Origin: Myxococcota bacterium
Lineage (GTDB): Bacteria; Myxococcota_A; SURF-8; G963677705
DNA length: 64,000 bases
Assembly (NCBI GenBank): GCA_963677705.1
Contig: OY782497.1
Location: forward strand, 4,458,417 to 4,522,416
Direction: 5' to 3'
This document shows, one piece after another, positions 19,601-27,703 of this stretch. A program made the translations under genes and the position numbers. How positions within the stretch are numbered: position 1 is the stretch's first letter; the number at the start of each line of letters is the position of its first letter. The notes beneath the pieces were generated by a model, which did no database searches, was not told where the DNA came from, and saw only the letters and a program-made list of their open reading frames with translations.

Positions 19601-20821
19601 GATACGGCTTGTGGGGAGGCACCCACGGAATGCAGCGGTCAAGACACCTGTGATGGCGCGGGGCTTTGCCAGGTGAACGATCTGGACGCCGGAACAAACT
19701 GCGGTGACGACGGGACGGAGTGCATCAATCAGGACACCTGCGATGGTTCCGGCGCTTGTACGGACAACGGCTTCGTCACGGCGGATACGGCTTGTGGGGA
19801 GGCACCCACGGAATGCAGCGGTCAGGACACCTGTGATGGCGCTGGGCTTTGCCAAGTGAACGACCTGGAGGACACAACCGCCTGTGATGACAGCCAAGCC
19901 TGCACCCATAGCGACCACTGCGATGGCGCGGGAGTCTGCACCGGTACGGCCTACACCTGCGAATCCACAAGCTGTGAGTCGGCCAGTGCCTGTGATGGCC
20001 TGGGAGGCTGCGAACCGACTCCCGTGGAAGACGGGCAGTATTGCGATGAAGACCAGGAAGGGGATGAACGCTGTTACGACGGAGAATGCCTCTCGATCAG
20101 TGACGGCGAAACCTGTGACAGGCCGATCCGCCTGAGTGTGGATGAACCGCAGAGCTTCACCCTGGACGGCCTGCTGGACACCTTCACCGCAGATGAGACA
20201 TGCCGTGAAGACGCCTTGACCGGGCCGGAGATGTTCTTTGATGTTGAGCTTGCCGCCGGTGCGTACTCGCTGAGCCTGACCCCGGATGCGGGTGTGGATG
20301 TGGCGCTGCTGCTGATGACGGGCTGTGAACCGCCCGCGTGCAACGCCAGCTTGAATGAGGTGGGCGCAGGGGATGCGGAACACTACGAGGTGGAGATCCC
20401 GGAGAGCAAAGACATCCCCTTGGTTCTCTTTGCCGTGGAGGCCGTCAGCCCGGACACTGCGGGTGGGTTTGAGATCCTTTTGGAGCGCGTGCAGGATGAA
20501 GACGGCGACATTGACGGTGATGAAGATGGTGACGAAGATGGCGACGAAGAGGAAGAGATCACTGACGACGATGATGATGACGTAACGGATGATGATGATG
20601 ACATCACCAACGACGATGACGACGACGAACTCGGTGACGATGAGGATGAGGACATCTCAGCTGCGGATGGTGATCTACCGAACGAAGAAGACTCTGGCAA
20701 AAGCTCGGGTGGCGGTGGTTGCGGCTGCGATCACGGATCCTCCCCGCACCAAAACTTGCTGGGCCTGCTGATGTTCCTCGCCGCTGTGGCCCTGCGCCGC
20801 AAAGGCTGGAACGCGGGGTAA
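16655..20821 (+). CDS. FG-GAP (integrin-alpha-like) repeat surface protein with Cys-rich tandem stalk, Asp tract and MYXO-CTERM-like tail
   Basis: Seven GDVNGDGYDD-type repeats; YPLDIDPL preceding domain; five 61-aa Cys repeats; GGGCGC-TM-RRK tail; N-terminal VMAC lipobox-like signal. Confidence 0.85.
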   Translation: MKICSRRGCLWILLSMSLFSVMACGQNDSLDAALGEKSVLIEKPSLLSDASTPPAEVTHPAPLAQGSERKAGPSKGGLKSSNWQAVAMKSIATEQYRFAETKDGGLAAINRAQNFRARFDESGWSLHPHLNAATKTALATLDPKAQDIEEQRRAILQETHDPNWTFSMSFTGLGRGKTAEGSDANILNGKTVKPELGACDGTRRQGATKGCFKQSEFRREGVTEYFRNKAEGLEHGFVLAERPSGSEPFLVVESRFEGLQAKVADDGQRIVFGDGQAERFHYEKLLVTDAKGTRLAGHMAVEENRLRILVDDTDAIYPLDIDPLATTPGWSAEGNQEDAWFGTSVSSAGDVNGDGYDDIVIGASHYGPNGAAFVYLGSSEGLPAIADWMMEGDEGRWFGSSVSSVGDVNADGYDDIIVGDYDIGKTYVYRGSATGLSDTPSWTRYDGSSWLYSVSTAGDVNGDGYDDVIVGNADTAKSYVHHGSATGLSAISDWTKRGALGSGCSVSTAGDVNGDGYDDVIVGARSYDNGEEDEGAAFVYLGSAEGLSTTPAWMAEGNQAGANFGYSVSSAGDVNGDGYDDVIVGANVYDNGETNEGAAFVYLGSASGLSSEPDWMAERNQAYASFGCSVSSAGDVNGDGYDDVIVGSKFYDKVVDNRLDNSGAAYVYFGSATGLSAEADWMQEGDGEKANFGYSVSSAGDINGDGYDDVIVAAYHFSDEEEEEGIVYVYYGFGYCGDGTLSFDEECESTDGVFDECCDPITCYFKVSGSHCGDDGTECINQDTCDGSGSCTDNGFVMADTACGDAPTECSGQDTCDGAGLCQVNDLDAGTNCGDDGTECVNQDTCNGAGACTDNGFVAVDTACGEAPTECSGQDTCDGAGLCQVNDLDAGTNCGDDGTECVNQDTCNGAGACTDNGFVAVDTACGEAPTECSGQDTCDGAGLCQVNDLDAGTNCGDDGTECINQDTCDGSGACTDNGFVTADTACGEAPTECSGQDTCDGAGLCQVNDLDAGTNCGDDGTECINQDTCDGSGACTDNGFVTADTACGEAPTECSGQDTCDGAGLCQVNDLEDTTACDDSQACTHSDHCDGAGVCTGTAYTCESTSCESASACDGLGGCEPTPVEDGQYCDEDQEGDERCYDGECLSISDGETCDRPIRLSVDEPQSFTLDGLLDTFTADETCREDALTGPEMFFDVELAAGAYSLSLTPDAGVDVALLLMTGCEPPACNASLNEVGAGDAEHYEVEIPESKDIPLVLFAVEAVSPDTAGGFEILLERVQDEDGDIDGDEDGDEDGDEEEEITDDDDDDVTDDDDDITNDDDDDELGDDEDEDISAADGDLPNEEDSGKSSGGGGCGCDHGSSPHQNLLGLLMFLAAVALRRKGWNAG
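18968..19882 (+). repeat. Intragenic tandem repeat, 5 x 183 bp
   Basis: Unit starts (TGCGG[C/T]GACGAC) at 18968, 19151, 19334, 19517, 19700. Confidence 0.9.
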
Positions 20822-20850
20822 ACAACAGGTTCAAACCAAGAGAACTCAAA

Positions 20851-20880
20851 CGCCCCGACCATCAGGCCGGGGCGGTTTTG
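20851..20880 (+). terminator. Rho-independent terminator
   Basis: CGCCCCG...CGGGGCG-GTTTTG. Confidence 0.65.
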
Positions 20881-21022
20881 TGCTGGCCGGGGGAATCCCG
20901 TCAGGGTTCTCATGAGAAAAACAATAAAAAGGATGCTGAAGCGTGCGGAATGAAGGCGAATCGGCTAAAATACAGCGCTCAATTGAGTATCTTGGAATAC
21001 GGAAGAGAAGGAGTACAGATTC

Positions 21023-21820
21023 ATGCAGACCCCATTGAGAAGAAAAGGTCTTTTATTGACCGTATGGATGTTGCTGATGCTACAGGTTTTTGCGGTTCCA
21101 CCTCAGGGCGAGGCGCTGGGTCAACCAGATGCGCAGCCCAAGGAAACCAAGGATGAGGTTTCTCCAACGGCAGATACTGTGCGGCTGGATTCTGTTGAAG
21201 AGTTGAAGGCCGATTCTTCTGTTTTGCAGAGCAGAGACCTGGTTGTTGTGGCCAACGCCGCGCAGGTTCAGGTCCGGTCGTTTCTTGACCGCATTCCCGT
21301 GGGCATGGAGAGCCGTTACGGCTTCAAGGATCGATCCGAATTCCAGCGGACGAAAATAGGAACCGTGTACCCCATGTACACGATTCATCCCGATGACCTC
21401 CGCAGCGGAGAACTCGGTATGAAAGCCGTTCGCGCTCTGGGAAGCTATCGCGTGATGCTGATGGTGGATGGTTCCGCACGGGCGCTATTAACCGTAGAGA
21501 AGGTAGAAGGGGCATGGAAGGCAGTGGATTTCGGCGCGACCAAGCTGGCAAAGGAACTGGATCGTGTCCATCGAGGGCTTCGAGTCAACGAGGCTGGCAA
21601 CCCTGTGGTTGGTCTGGTACGCCTGTATCAACTGAAGTGCGATCTCTTGCTTCTTGATGCCGGACAATCCCGTTCAGACCTTCACTTATTCCCGCTTGAG
21701 TCTGCCACGCGAAGTCTGGGGATCAAAGCCGACCTCGGCAGTCCTGGAGCGTTGCGCGATTATGCTCCCATCATGAAGAAAGCAATGCTCACGGCAGACC
21801 GTCATCGGACGATGCGCTAA
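21023..21820 (+). CDS. Hypothetical exported protein, co-transcribed with downstream peptidase
   Basis: AAGGAG RBS, signal peptide, 11 bp gap to next gene. Confidence 0.7.
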   Translation: MQTPLRRKGLLLTVWMLLMLQVFAVPPQGEALGQPDAQPKETKDEVSPTADTVRLDSVEELKADSSVLQSRDLVVVANAAQVQVRSFLDRIPVGMESRYGFKDRSEFQRTKIGTVYPMYTIHPDDLRSGELGMKAVRALGSYRVMLMVDGSARALLTVEKVEGAWKAVDFGATKLAKELDRVHRGLRVNEAGNPVVGLVRLYQLKCDLLLLDAGQSRSDLHLFPLESATRSLGIKADLGSPGALRDYAPIMKKAMLTADRHRTMR

Positions 21821-21831
21821 AGGAGGGCGTC

Positions 21832-23937
21832 ATGAAACCAATCAGATTTTCACGGTGTCTTCACGCGATCCTGGGAATGCTTCTGTTGTTCTTTCTATCT
21901 TCATCGGTCAAGGCGGAGGTGTTGAATGTCGTAGAAACAACCCAGGAAATGGACCAATGGTGCTGGGCCGGGGTCAGTTACTGCGTATTGGACTATTACA
22001 ATTCCACCACGCCTCAGTGTGAGATTGCCGACTACACCCGGCAGGTAGTCACATGGCATAATTTCGGCACGGAAGATTGCTGTGACAATGCCAACGCGGG
22101 TTGTAATTACTGGAACTATAACTGGGGCTATGATGGAAGCATTCAGGATATCCTGGTTCACTTCGGGGATATCAGCAACTACGGTACGGCGAGCGTATTG
22201 AGCCAACAGGCCTGCGAGACGGAAATCGCTGGTGGCAAACCTTTCATTCCCCGCTGGGGTTGGGATTCGGGAGGTGGTCATTTCATCGTCGGTCATGGAA
22301 TCGAAACCGACGGCACCTTCTATTACATGGATCCGTGGTATGGTGAGGGGCTGAAGATTTCCACTCATAGTTGGGTTTCCAGAGGCGGAGGGCATACATG
22401 GACCCATACCAACGTTATGACCACAAGCCCCTGTGAATGCAGAACGGAGGATTCTTGTTGCGATGGCTGCAACATCCTCAATGAAGGAGGAACCTGCAAC
22501 GCGGATTCCAACGGTTGCACGGTAGGGGATGTCTGCCAGGGCGGTGTCTGTGAGGCGGGTTCGGCCCCTAGCTGTTCGCATCTTAACGATACATGCAATC
22601 GCGGGGTTTGTGTATCCACCGGGGAGGATTCCTATAACTGTGAAAAGGATCCCAGCTACCGCATCGGCGCTCTCTGCGGGGATGATCCTACCGAGTGCCG
22701 AGGGCAGGCTATCTGCAACAGTGAGGGCGTTTGTCAAGCTCACTATGCCGCCGTTGGGACCGAGTGCGGGGACGCGGGCACGGAGTGCATCAATCAAGAC
22801 ACCTGCGATGGTTCCGGTTCGTGTACGGACAATGGTTTCCAGCCCAGTGGTACGAACTGCGGGAACGCAGGCACGGAATGCATCAATCAAGACACCTGCG
22901 ATGGTTTCGGTTCGTGTACGGACAATGGTTTTGCCGCAGCGGAAACGGCTTGCGGAGAGGCACCCACGCAGTGCAGCGCTCAGGACACCTGTGATGGATC
23001 GGGAACCTGCCAAGCCAATGATTTTGAGTCGAGTGTGACCTGCGACGATGGAGAAGTCTGTACCTACACGGATCACTGCAACGGAGCGGGGAGCTGTGAA
23101 GGAACAAGCTACGAATGCCAAGCGGCGATCTGTCAGCTTGCAAGCGCCTGTGATGGTCTTGGAGGATGCTCCATGACCCCTGAAATCAACGGCACGTACT
23201 GTGACGAAGCTCAGCAGGGTGGGGAGAGGTGCTATGACGGGGAATGCCTCTCGATCAGCGATGGGGAAACCTGCGATCTGCCAGTCCGTTTGGTGGTGGG
23301 CGAAGAGCAGCACATGACCTTGGATGGGCAGATCAATACCTTCGTTCCCGATGAACCGTGTAGTTCGGAAGCTTTTTCTGGGCCGGATCTCTTTGTCGAT
23401 GCGCTGTTGGAACCGGGATCGTATACACTCACGGTTTCTCCAGAAGACGAGGTGGATGTCGTACTGCTACTGATGACAAGCTGCGATCCGCTGGCCTGTT
23501 CGCATAGTATCAATGACGGTGGCGCGGGTGAGACGGAGAGCTATGCCTTGGAGATTCCGGAAACCGGGCAGAGCAGCCTGGTTTTATTTGCCGTGGATAC
23601 TTTGTCTGAAAGTACGGCAGGTGGGTTTGACATTCTGCTTCAGTCTGATGGTGGCCTGGACGATGACGACGATGTCACCGATGATGATGACGACGCGACT
23701 GATGATGATGACGACGTGACCGACGATGACGACGACGTGATGGACGATGACGACGACGTGATGGACGATGACGACGACGTGACCGACGATGACGACGACT
23801 TTGTCGGTCAGGATGATGTTTCCGGTTCCGGCTCGGATGGCGGTTGCCGCAGCATCAACACCGGCGCGGCCTTGGCCGCCTTACTGATGCTCTTCGCCGC
23901 TGTGGCCCTACGCCGCAAAGGGTGGAACCTGAAGTAA
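21832..23937 (+). CDS. Papain-like (C39/C47-like) cysteine peptidase with Cys-rich stalk, Asp tract and MYXO-CTERM-like tail
   Basis: QEMDQWCWAG (Gln/Cys), GGHFIV (His), YYMDPW (Asp); signal peptide; tail GGC-TM-RRKGW. Confidence 0.8.
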   Translation: MKPIRFSRCLHAILGMLLLFFLSSSVKAEVLNVVETTQEMDQWCWAGVSYCVLDYYNSTTPQCEIADYTRQVVTWHNFGTEDCCDNANAGCNYWNYNWGYDGSIQDILVHFGDISNYGTASVLSQQACETEIAGGKPFIPRWGWDSGGGHFIVGHGIETDGTFYYMDPWYGEGLKISTHSWVSRGGGHTWTHTNVMTTSPCECRTEDSCCDGCNILNEGGTCNADSNGCTVGDVCQGGVCEAGSAPSCSHLNDTCNRGVCVSTGEDSYNCEKDPSYRIGALCGDDPTECRGQAICNSEGVCQAHYAAVGTECGDAGTECINQDTCDGSGSCTDNGFQPSGTNCGNAGTECINQDTCDGFGSCTDNGFAAAETACGEAPTQCSAQDTCDGSGTCQANDFESSVTCDDGEVCTYTDHCNGAGSCEGTSYECQAAICQLASACDGLGGCSMTPEINGTYCDEAQQGGERCYDGECLSISDGETCDLPVRLVVGEEQHMTLDGQINTFVPDEPCSSEAFSGPDLFVDALLEPGSYTLTVSPEDEVDVVLLLMTSCDPLACSHSINDGGAGETESYALEIPETGQSSLVLFAVDTLSESTAGGFDILLQSDGGLDDDDDVTDDDDDATDDDDDVTDDDDDVMDDDDDVMDDDDDVTDDDDDFVGQDDVSGSGSDGGCRSINTGAALAALLMLFAAVALRRKGWNLK
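23659..23800 (+). repeat. 21-bp tandem repeat encoding DDDDD(V/A)(T/M)
   Basis: GACGATGACGACGACGTGA.. units, ~6-7 copies. Confidence 0.8.
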
Positions 23938-23985
23938 ACAGAAACCTCCGGCTCCATTCCGCCACCCTGAGTGATTATTCCAGTG

Positions 23986-24016
23986 AAAACGACGAGTTGA
24001 AAAACTCGTCGTTTTT
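23986..24016. terminator. Bidirectional terminator
   Basis: AAAACGACGAGTT-GAAA-AACTCGTCGTTTTT between convergent genes. Confidence 0.8.
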
Positions 24017-24080
24017 GTATCACGAGGGTGCCGTTCTTTCGCACACCATCGCCTGATCCTGTATCCTTGGGGATGGCGGG

Positions 24081-24494
24081 TCAGTGCGTGGGTTTTGCCA
24101 GAGGGGTTGTGGGTTTGAGTTTGGGTAGGCATTGCTTAAGGGTACAGACCCATCGGCCTACGCGGCACACACAGGTGTTGCAGCCATCTTCATGGTTTTT
24201 CTTTTCGCCTTCCTGGCATTCTCGTTTCAGGGGAGCCTGGGGCAGAGGTTTGGCCGGGCCGAACAGATCTCCTTGGCCGCAGTCCAGTTCTGTGCATTGC
24301 CAGGCGCCATCCATACACTGGCAATGGTTGCAGCCATCCTCGGCATCCACCGTCTGACCATCCATACATTCAGGGTTCTCCGGCATTGTCCGCTCTGCGT
24401 TAGCGGCGGGTTGGGGGGCACTCTGGCAGGAACACACCAGCCCGATCAACAAACCACATGCAAGAACAATCCATTTCTGCCTGGTACGATTCAT
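24081..24494 (-). CDS. Lipoprotein with two pacifastin-like serine protease inhibitor domains
   Basis: Signal ...GLVCSC; two C-x11-CNxCxC-x2-G-x3-CT-x3-C units. Confidence 0.75.
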   Translation of the reverse strand: MNRTRQKWIVLACGLLIGLVCSCQSAPQPAANAERTMPENPECMDGQTVDAEDGCNHCQCMDGAWQCTELDCGQGDLFGPAKPLPQAPLKRECQEGEKKNHEDGCNTCVCRVGRWVCTLKQCLPKLKPTTPLAKPTH

Positions 24495-24648
24495 GGAAAA
24501 CGCCTCCCTTGTTCGAGGATGATCCAAGGTTCCACCCTTCAATTCTTGGAGAGTGTACCACGAAAACTCTGGTCGGTCCCCATTCCTTTGGAAAAAACAG
24601 AATGATCGCAGCCAGGAAGATTCTTCCGTCTTCTCGCCGTGCAGGATA

Positions 24649-24677
24649 TTGACCGCAACCCCTGGGCTTGCTAGACT
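24649..24677 (+). promoter_or_regulatory. Putative sigma70 promoter
   Basis: TTGACC-N17-TAGACT with TG extended -10. Confidence 0.5.
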
Positions 24678-24693
24678 ACTTGCCTGATTTCTG

Positions 24694-25881
24694 ATGCGAT
24701 TGGTGAGAACCGTGAAAGAAACCGACGAGTTCCTTCGTCAAGACCGGAGCCGGTCCATGACCACGAAGCCACATCATACCTCAAGCCTTGCGAAACACTC
24801 CCCGTTTGTAGGGATGCTTCTGCGTTGGTTTCTGTGGGTCATGGTGCTTGGAATGCTTCTTCCCGCTGGCCTGGAAGCACTGGCTCGTTTCGTAGACCGT
24901 GGTATTGAAACCCTGCCCATTCCCCTGATGGTGGCCTCTCCTGCAATTCCCTGTGGATATACGGTGAAAAGCCACAGCAAACAACGGTATGCCTTGCTCA
25001 GCCGGGAAGTGCGCCTGGTGACTGAAGCAGAGGGCTTACGGGGTTCCGGCGAGGAGCGCAGTCCGCGCTCGGTGTCTACACAGGTGCTTCTTCTTGGCGA
25101 TGACGATGTCTTCGGTTCCACCTTGAAGGAGGAAGACACCCTGGCCGGGCAATGGGAAGAACGAGTTCCCTGGCGTCGCGTGCAGGTCGATAACGCCGGT
25201 GTTCCGGGGTATCGGGTACAGGATATGATCGCCAGGGGGGAAGCCCTGCTGGCGGAAGGTTCTCCTCAGTGGGTGGTTTTGGTCGTGCGTGATGACGATC
25301 GCTCGGTATCTGCCTTGCCTGCGGTGCCGGTGAACGGCCTTGTCTTCCCCGCTGCGTTGCGCGAGAGTCTTCCCGGCTCTTGGCTGATTCATCAGAGGCT
25401 TCTTGCTCATTCCAACGCTTACAACCTGTTGCTTCGTGCCTTTCCTTCCATTGTGCGGGCCTGGAATGCCTCGGCCAAGATGGACCAAGGTCTGCCCCGT
25501 CACGAATTGATGGTGGAAAGCCTGAGCGGGTTTCAACAGTGGCTCTCTGTGCATTTCCGGACATCACCTCCCCAACTTCTGGTGGTGGTTCTTCCCGATA
25601 CGGCAAGCCTGCGTGATCCTCTGAGGCAGCATTCCCTGTCTGACCGTGATCTCTGCACGGCGCTTTCCCAAAAGGGTATTCAAAGCTTACGTGCCGGGCC
25701 GTGGCTACGCCGTGCCTTTCAACAAGGGCCGCTGGTGGATAGCCTGGACCGCCTGACGCCTCTGGCTTTGCAGCAACTGGCTGACTTGCTGGATGAAACC
25801 GTTCCCCATGAAGCGACCTCCCACGCTGTGAAGCGGCAGGGGCAGGACATCTCTCCCAGAACCAAGGAGGTTGCACGATGA
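24694..25881 (+). CDS. Membrane-anchored SGNH/GDSL-fold protein, catalytic residues apparently absent
   Basis: TM helix, AEGLRG, VLLLGDDDVFG (GDS equivalent), NAGVPGY. Confidence 0.6.
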   Translation: MRLVRTVKETDEFLRQDRSRSMTTKPHHTSSLAKHSPFVGMLLRWFLWVMVLGMLLPAGLEALARFVDRGIETLPIPLMVASPAIPCGYTVKSHSKQRYALLSREVRLVTEAEGLRGSGEERSPRSVSTQVLLLGDDDVFGSTLKEEDTLAGQWEERVPWRRVQVDNAGVPGYRVQDMIARGEALLAEGSPQWVVLVVRDDDRSVSALPAVPVNGLVFPAALRESLPGSWLIHQRLLAHSNAYNLLLRAFPSIVRAWNASAKMDQGLPRHELMVESLSGFQQWLSVHFRTSPPQLLVVVLPDTASLRDPLRQHSLSDRDLCTALSQKGIQSLRAGPWLRRAFQQGPLVDSLDRLTPLALQQLADLLDETVPHEATSHAVKRQGQDISPRTKEVAR

Positions 25882-27179
25882 ACGAGACGAGGCGCCTCCT
25901 CATCCTTCCCCTGCTCAGCGCACTCGTTACGCTGGTGGGTCTCTGCCTTGTCTGGCTTGGCGAACTTCCTCCCAATGCCTTGGCCTGGGCGGTGATCGTT
26001 CCTTTCTTGATGGTTGGCCTGCTTCCCTGGCTGTTTGCATCGAAGCCAAGCTCTTCGGTAGCCTGGAAAGGACTGCTGGTGCTGTTACTCATCGGCCTGG
26101 CTTTACGTCTGGTCAGCCTGGGTGTGTTGGATGACCGCATGGAGGACCGGGGGTATCGTCTGTTCTGGGAAACGCGCCTTCTGCAAGCCGGAGAGCCGCC
26201 TTGTTCCTGGAGTCTGGACCACAACCCTCGGGGGGATTTGAATTCCGATGGCCTTCGCTTCCTGATTGAGGCTCCCACACGCCACGCCTGCCAAAGCCCT
26301 GGTGCCTTACTTGCTGCAAGCTGGTTGGAGCCCTTGCACTCCCCATCAGGCTTTTTTTCCGGAAAAAGTCTGTTGCTTGGCGCGGACGTTCTGGGAATGC
26401 TGGTTACCATGCTGCTTGTACTCAAACGTCGCAAACCCTGGTGGTGGATCGCACCCTGGGCTGTGGCCGCGGCTTTGATTCTTCCCCTGATTCGGGGGAT
26501 GCCCTTGCAGGTTCTGGGTATCCTTCCTCTGGGGCTTTCCCTGCTCTTTCTGGAATACGGCTGGCGGCGTCTGGCCATGCCCTTGCTTGCCGTCTCCACC
26601 CTGTTCATGCCGCTTGTGGCCTTAATGGTCTTGCCTATCCTTTGGAAGTACCGTGAGGAATCCGCGCACTCGCTGATCCTTCCTTTTGCACTTCCCGCCT
26701 TGTTGGTCTGGCTTCCCTGGATCGCCTGGAACGGGCCGGAAGGCTTGCGGGCGATGACGATGATCCAGGACTGGGCGGCAGTCAATAACCCGCTGTTCCT
26801 ACTGTTGGGGATGAAGCTTTCCCTGGCGCAACTGAATGCTTTGCGTGTCTCGCTGCTGCTGGCCGGTATTCTGTGGAGCCTGCGCTATCAACCCAACCGC
26901 CTGTGGGGTATGGGAGCCGTCTGGGTCGCGGTGGTGATCACCTCTCCGGAACTCACGCCGGCTCATGGCTTGTTGTTACTCCCTTTCTGGAGTCTCTTCC
27001 CCAGCCTCGGCGTGCTGTTTCTGATCGCCTTATGGACACCGCTCGGCCTTCTTTCCGCCAGTCCCGGCTCCCTTGTCCTTGTCTCGGTGGTGGGAATCAC
27101 CTTTGTCGGTTTCGTGACCGATACCATCCTGCTGTTCAAACGCGGCCCGGACCGTAGCTGGCAAAGCCCGGACGAGTAG
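25878..27179 (+). CDS. Polytopic membrane protein, divergent GT-C (GT87-like) glycosyltransferase
   Basis: ~11 TM; EDRGYRLFWETRLLQAGEPP resembles DDxYRYxWDG...GxNPY; ATGA overlap with upstream gene. Confidence 0.5.
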   Translation: MNETRRLLILPLLSALVTLVGLCLVWLGELPPNALAWAVIVPFLMVGLLPWLFASKPSSSVAWKGLLVLLLIGLALRLVSLGVLDDRMEDRGYRLFWETRLLQAGEPPCSWSLDHNPRGDLNSDGLRFLIEAPTRHACQSPGALLAASWLEPLHSPSGFFSGKSLLLGADVLGMLVTMLLVLKRRKPWWWIAPWAVAAALILPLIRGMPLQVLGILPLGLSLLFLEYGWRRLAMPLLAVSTLFMPLVALMVLPILWKYREESAHSLILPFALPALLVWLPWIAWNGPEGLRAMTMIQDWAAVNNPLFLLLGMKLSLAQLNALRVSLLLAGILWSLRYQPNRLWGMGAVWVAVVITSPELTPAHGLLLLPFWSLFPSLGVLFLIALWTPLGLLSASPGSLVLVSVVGITFVGFVTDTILLFKRGPDRSWQSPDE

Positions 27180-27276
27180 GGGAGGATCTTCCCAAACACA
27201 CACCCAAAGAAATTTCTTTTCAGAGGATTCCAATCAAGGTATAGTGGGGCTGTTTCGTCAGAACCCAAGGAGAACC

Positions 27277-27486
27277 ATGAACACGCGCAAAGCACGCCGC
27301 ACCACCCTGGTGGTCAACGACAAACGGCAGGAAATCACCGGCAAGGAACTGGACCATGAACAGGGCCGGGCCGGTTATGCCTTGTTGTTCTTGGTCTGCA
27401 CCGTGCTGGCCGGGTTGACTGTGGCCACCTTCGGGGATGAGATCCTCGTCCAGATCCGTTCTCTGTTCACGCAGCTTTTCGGCTGA
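27277..27486 (+). CDS. Small single-TM protein, Flp pilin-like
   Basis: AAGGAG RBS; basic leader, EQG..YALL, TM, FG..I...F. Confidence 0.45.
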   Translation: MNTRKARRTTLVVNDKRQEITGKELDHEQGRAGYALLFLVCTVLAGLTVATFGDEILVQIRSLFTQLFG

Positions 27487-27652
27487 ATCGTCCCCACTCC
27501 AAATAAGCCCGCACCGTGAAAACACAGGGAGACGTGTTTTCACAGGGGAGCGTCTGTGGACGCTCCTGGTCCCACCACGCAGGCGTGGTTGGACCGTGCG
27601 GGCCTGAAAGCGTGGTGGCTTGCAGAAAACGGGGCAGGATTTACGGCCCATG

Positions 27653-27681
27653 AAAAACGCCCGACCAGATGGCCGGGCGTT
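27653..27681 (-). terminator. Terminator downstream of etfA
   Basis: AACGCCCG...CGGGCGTT with A-tract on + strand. Confidence 0.6.
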
Positions 27682-27703
27682 GTCGGATCATGCTGTAAGC
27701 TGC

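Noticed and set aside
18677-23313. Long antisense ORFs (568 aa, 470 aa) opposite the repeat genes
   Set aside because: Shadow ORFs produced by Cys/Asp codon bias and tandem repeats; no independent motifs
25076-26785. 569-aa minus-strand ORF
   Set aside because: R/S/P-rich with no domain signal; overlaps two better-supported plus-strand genes
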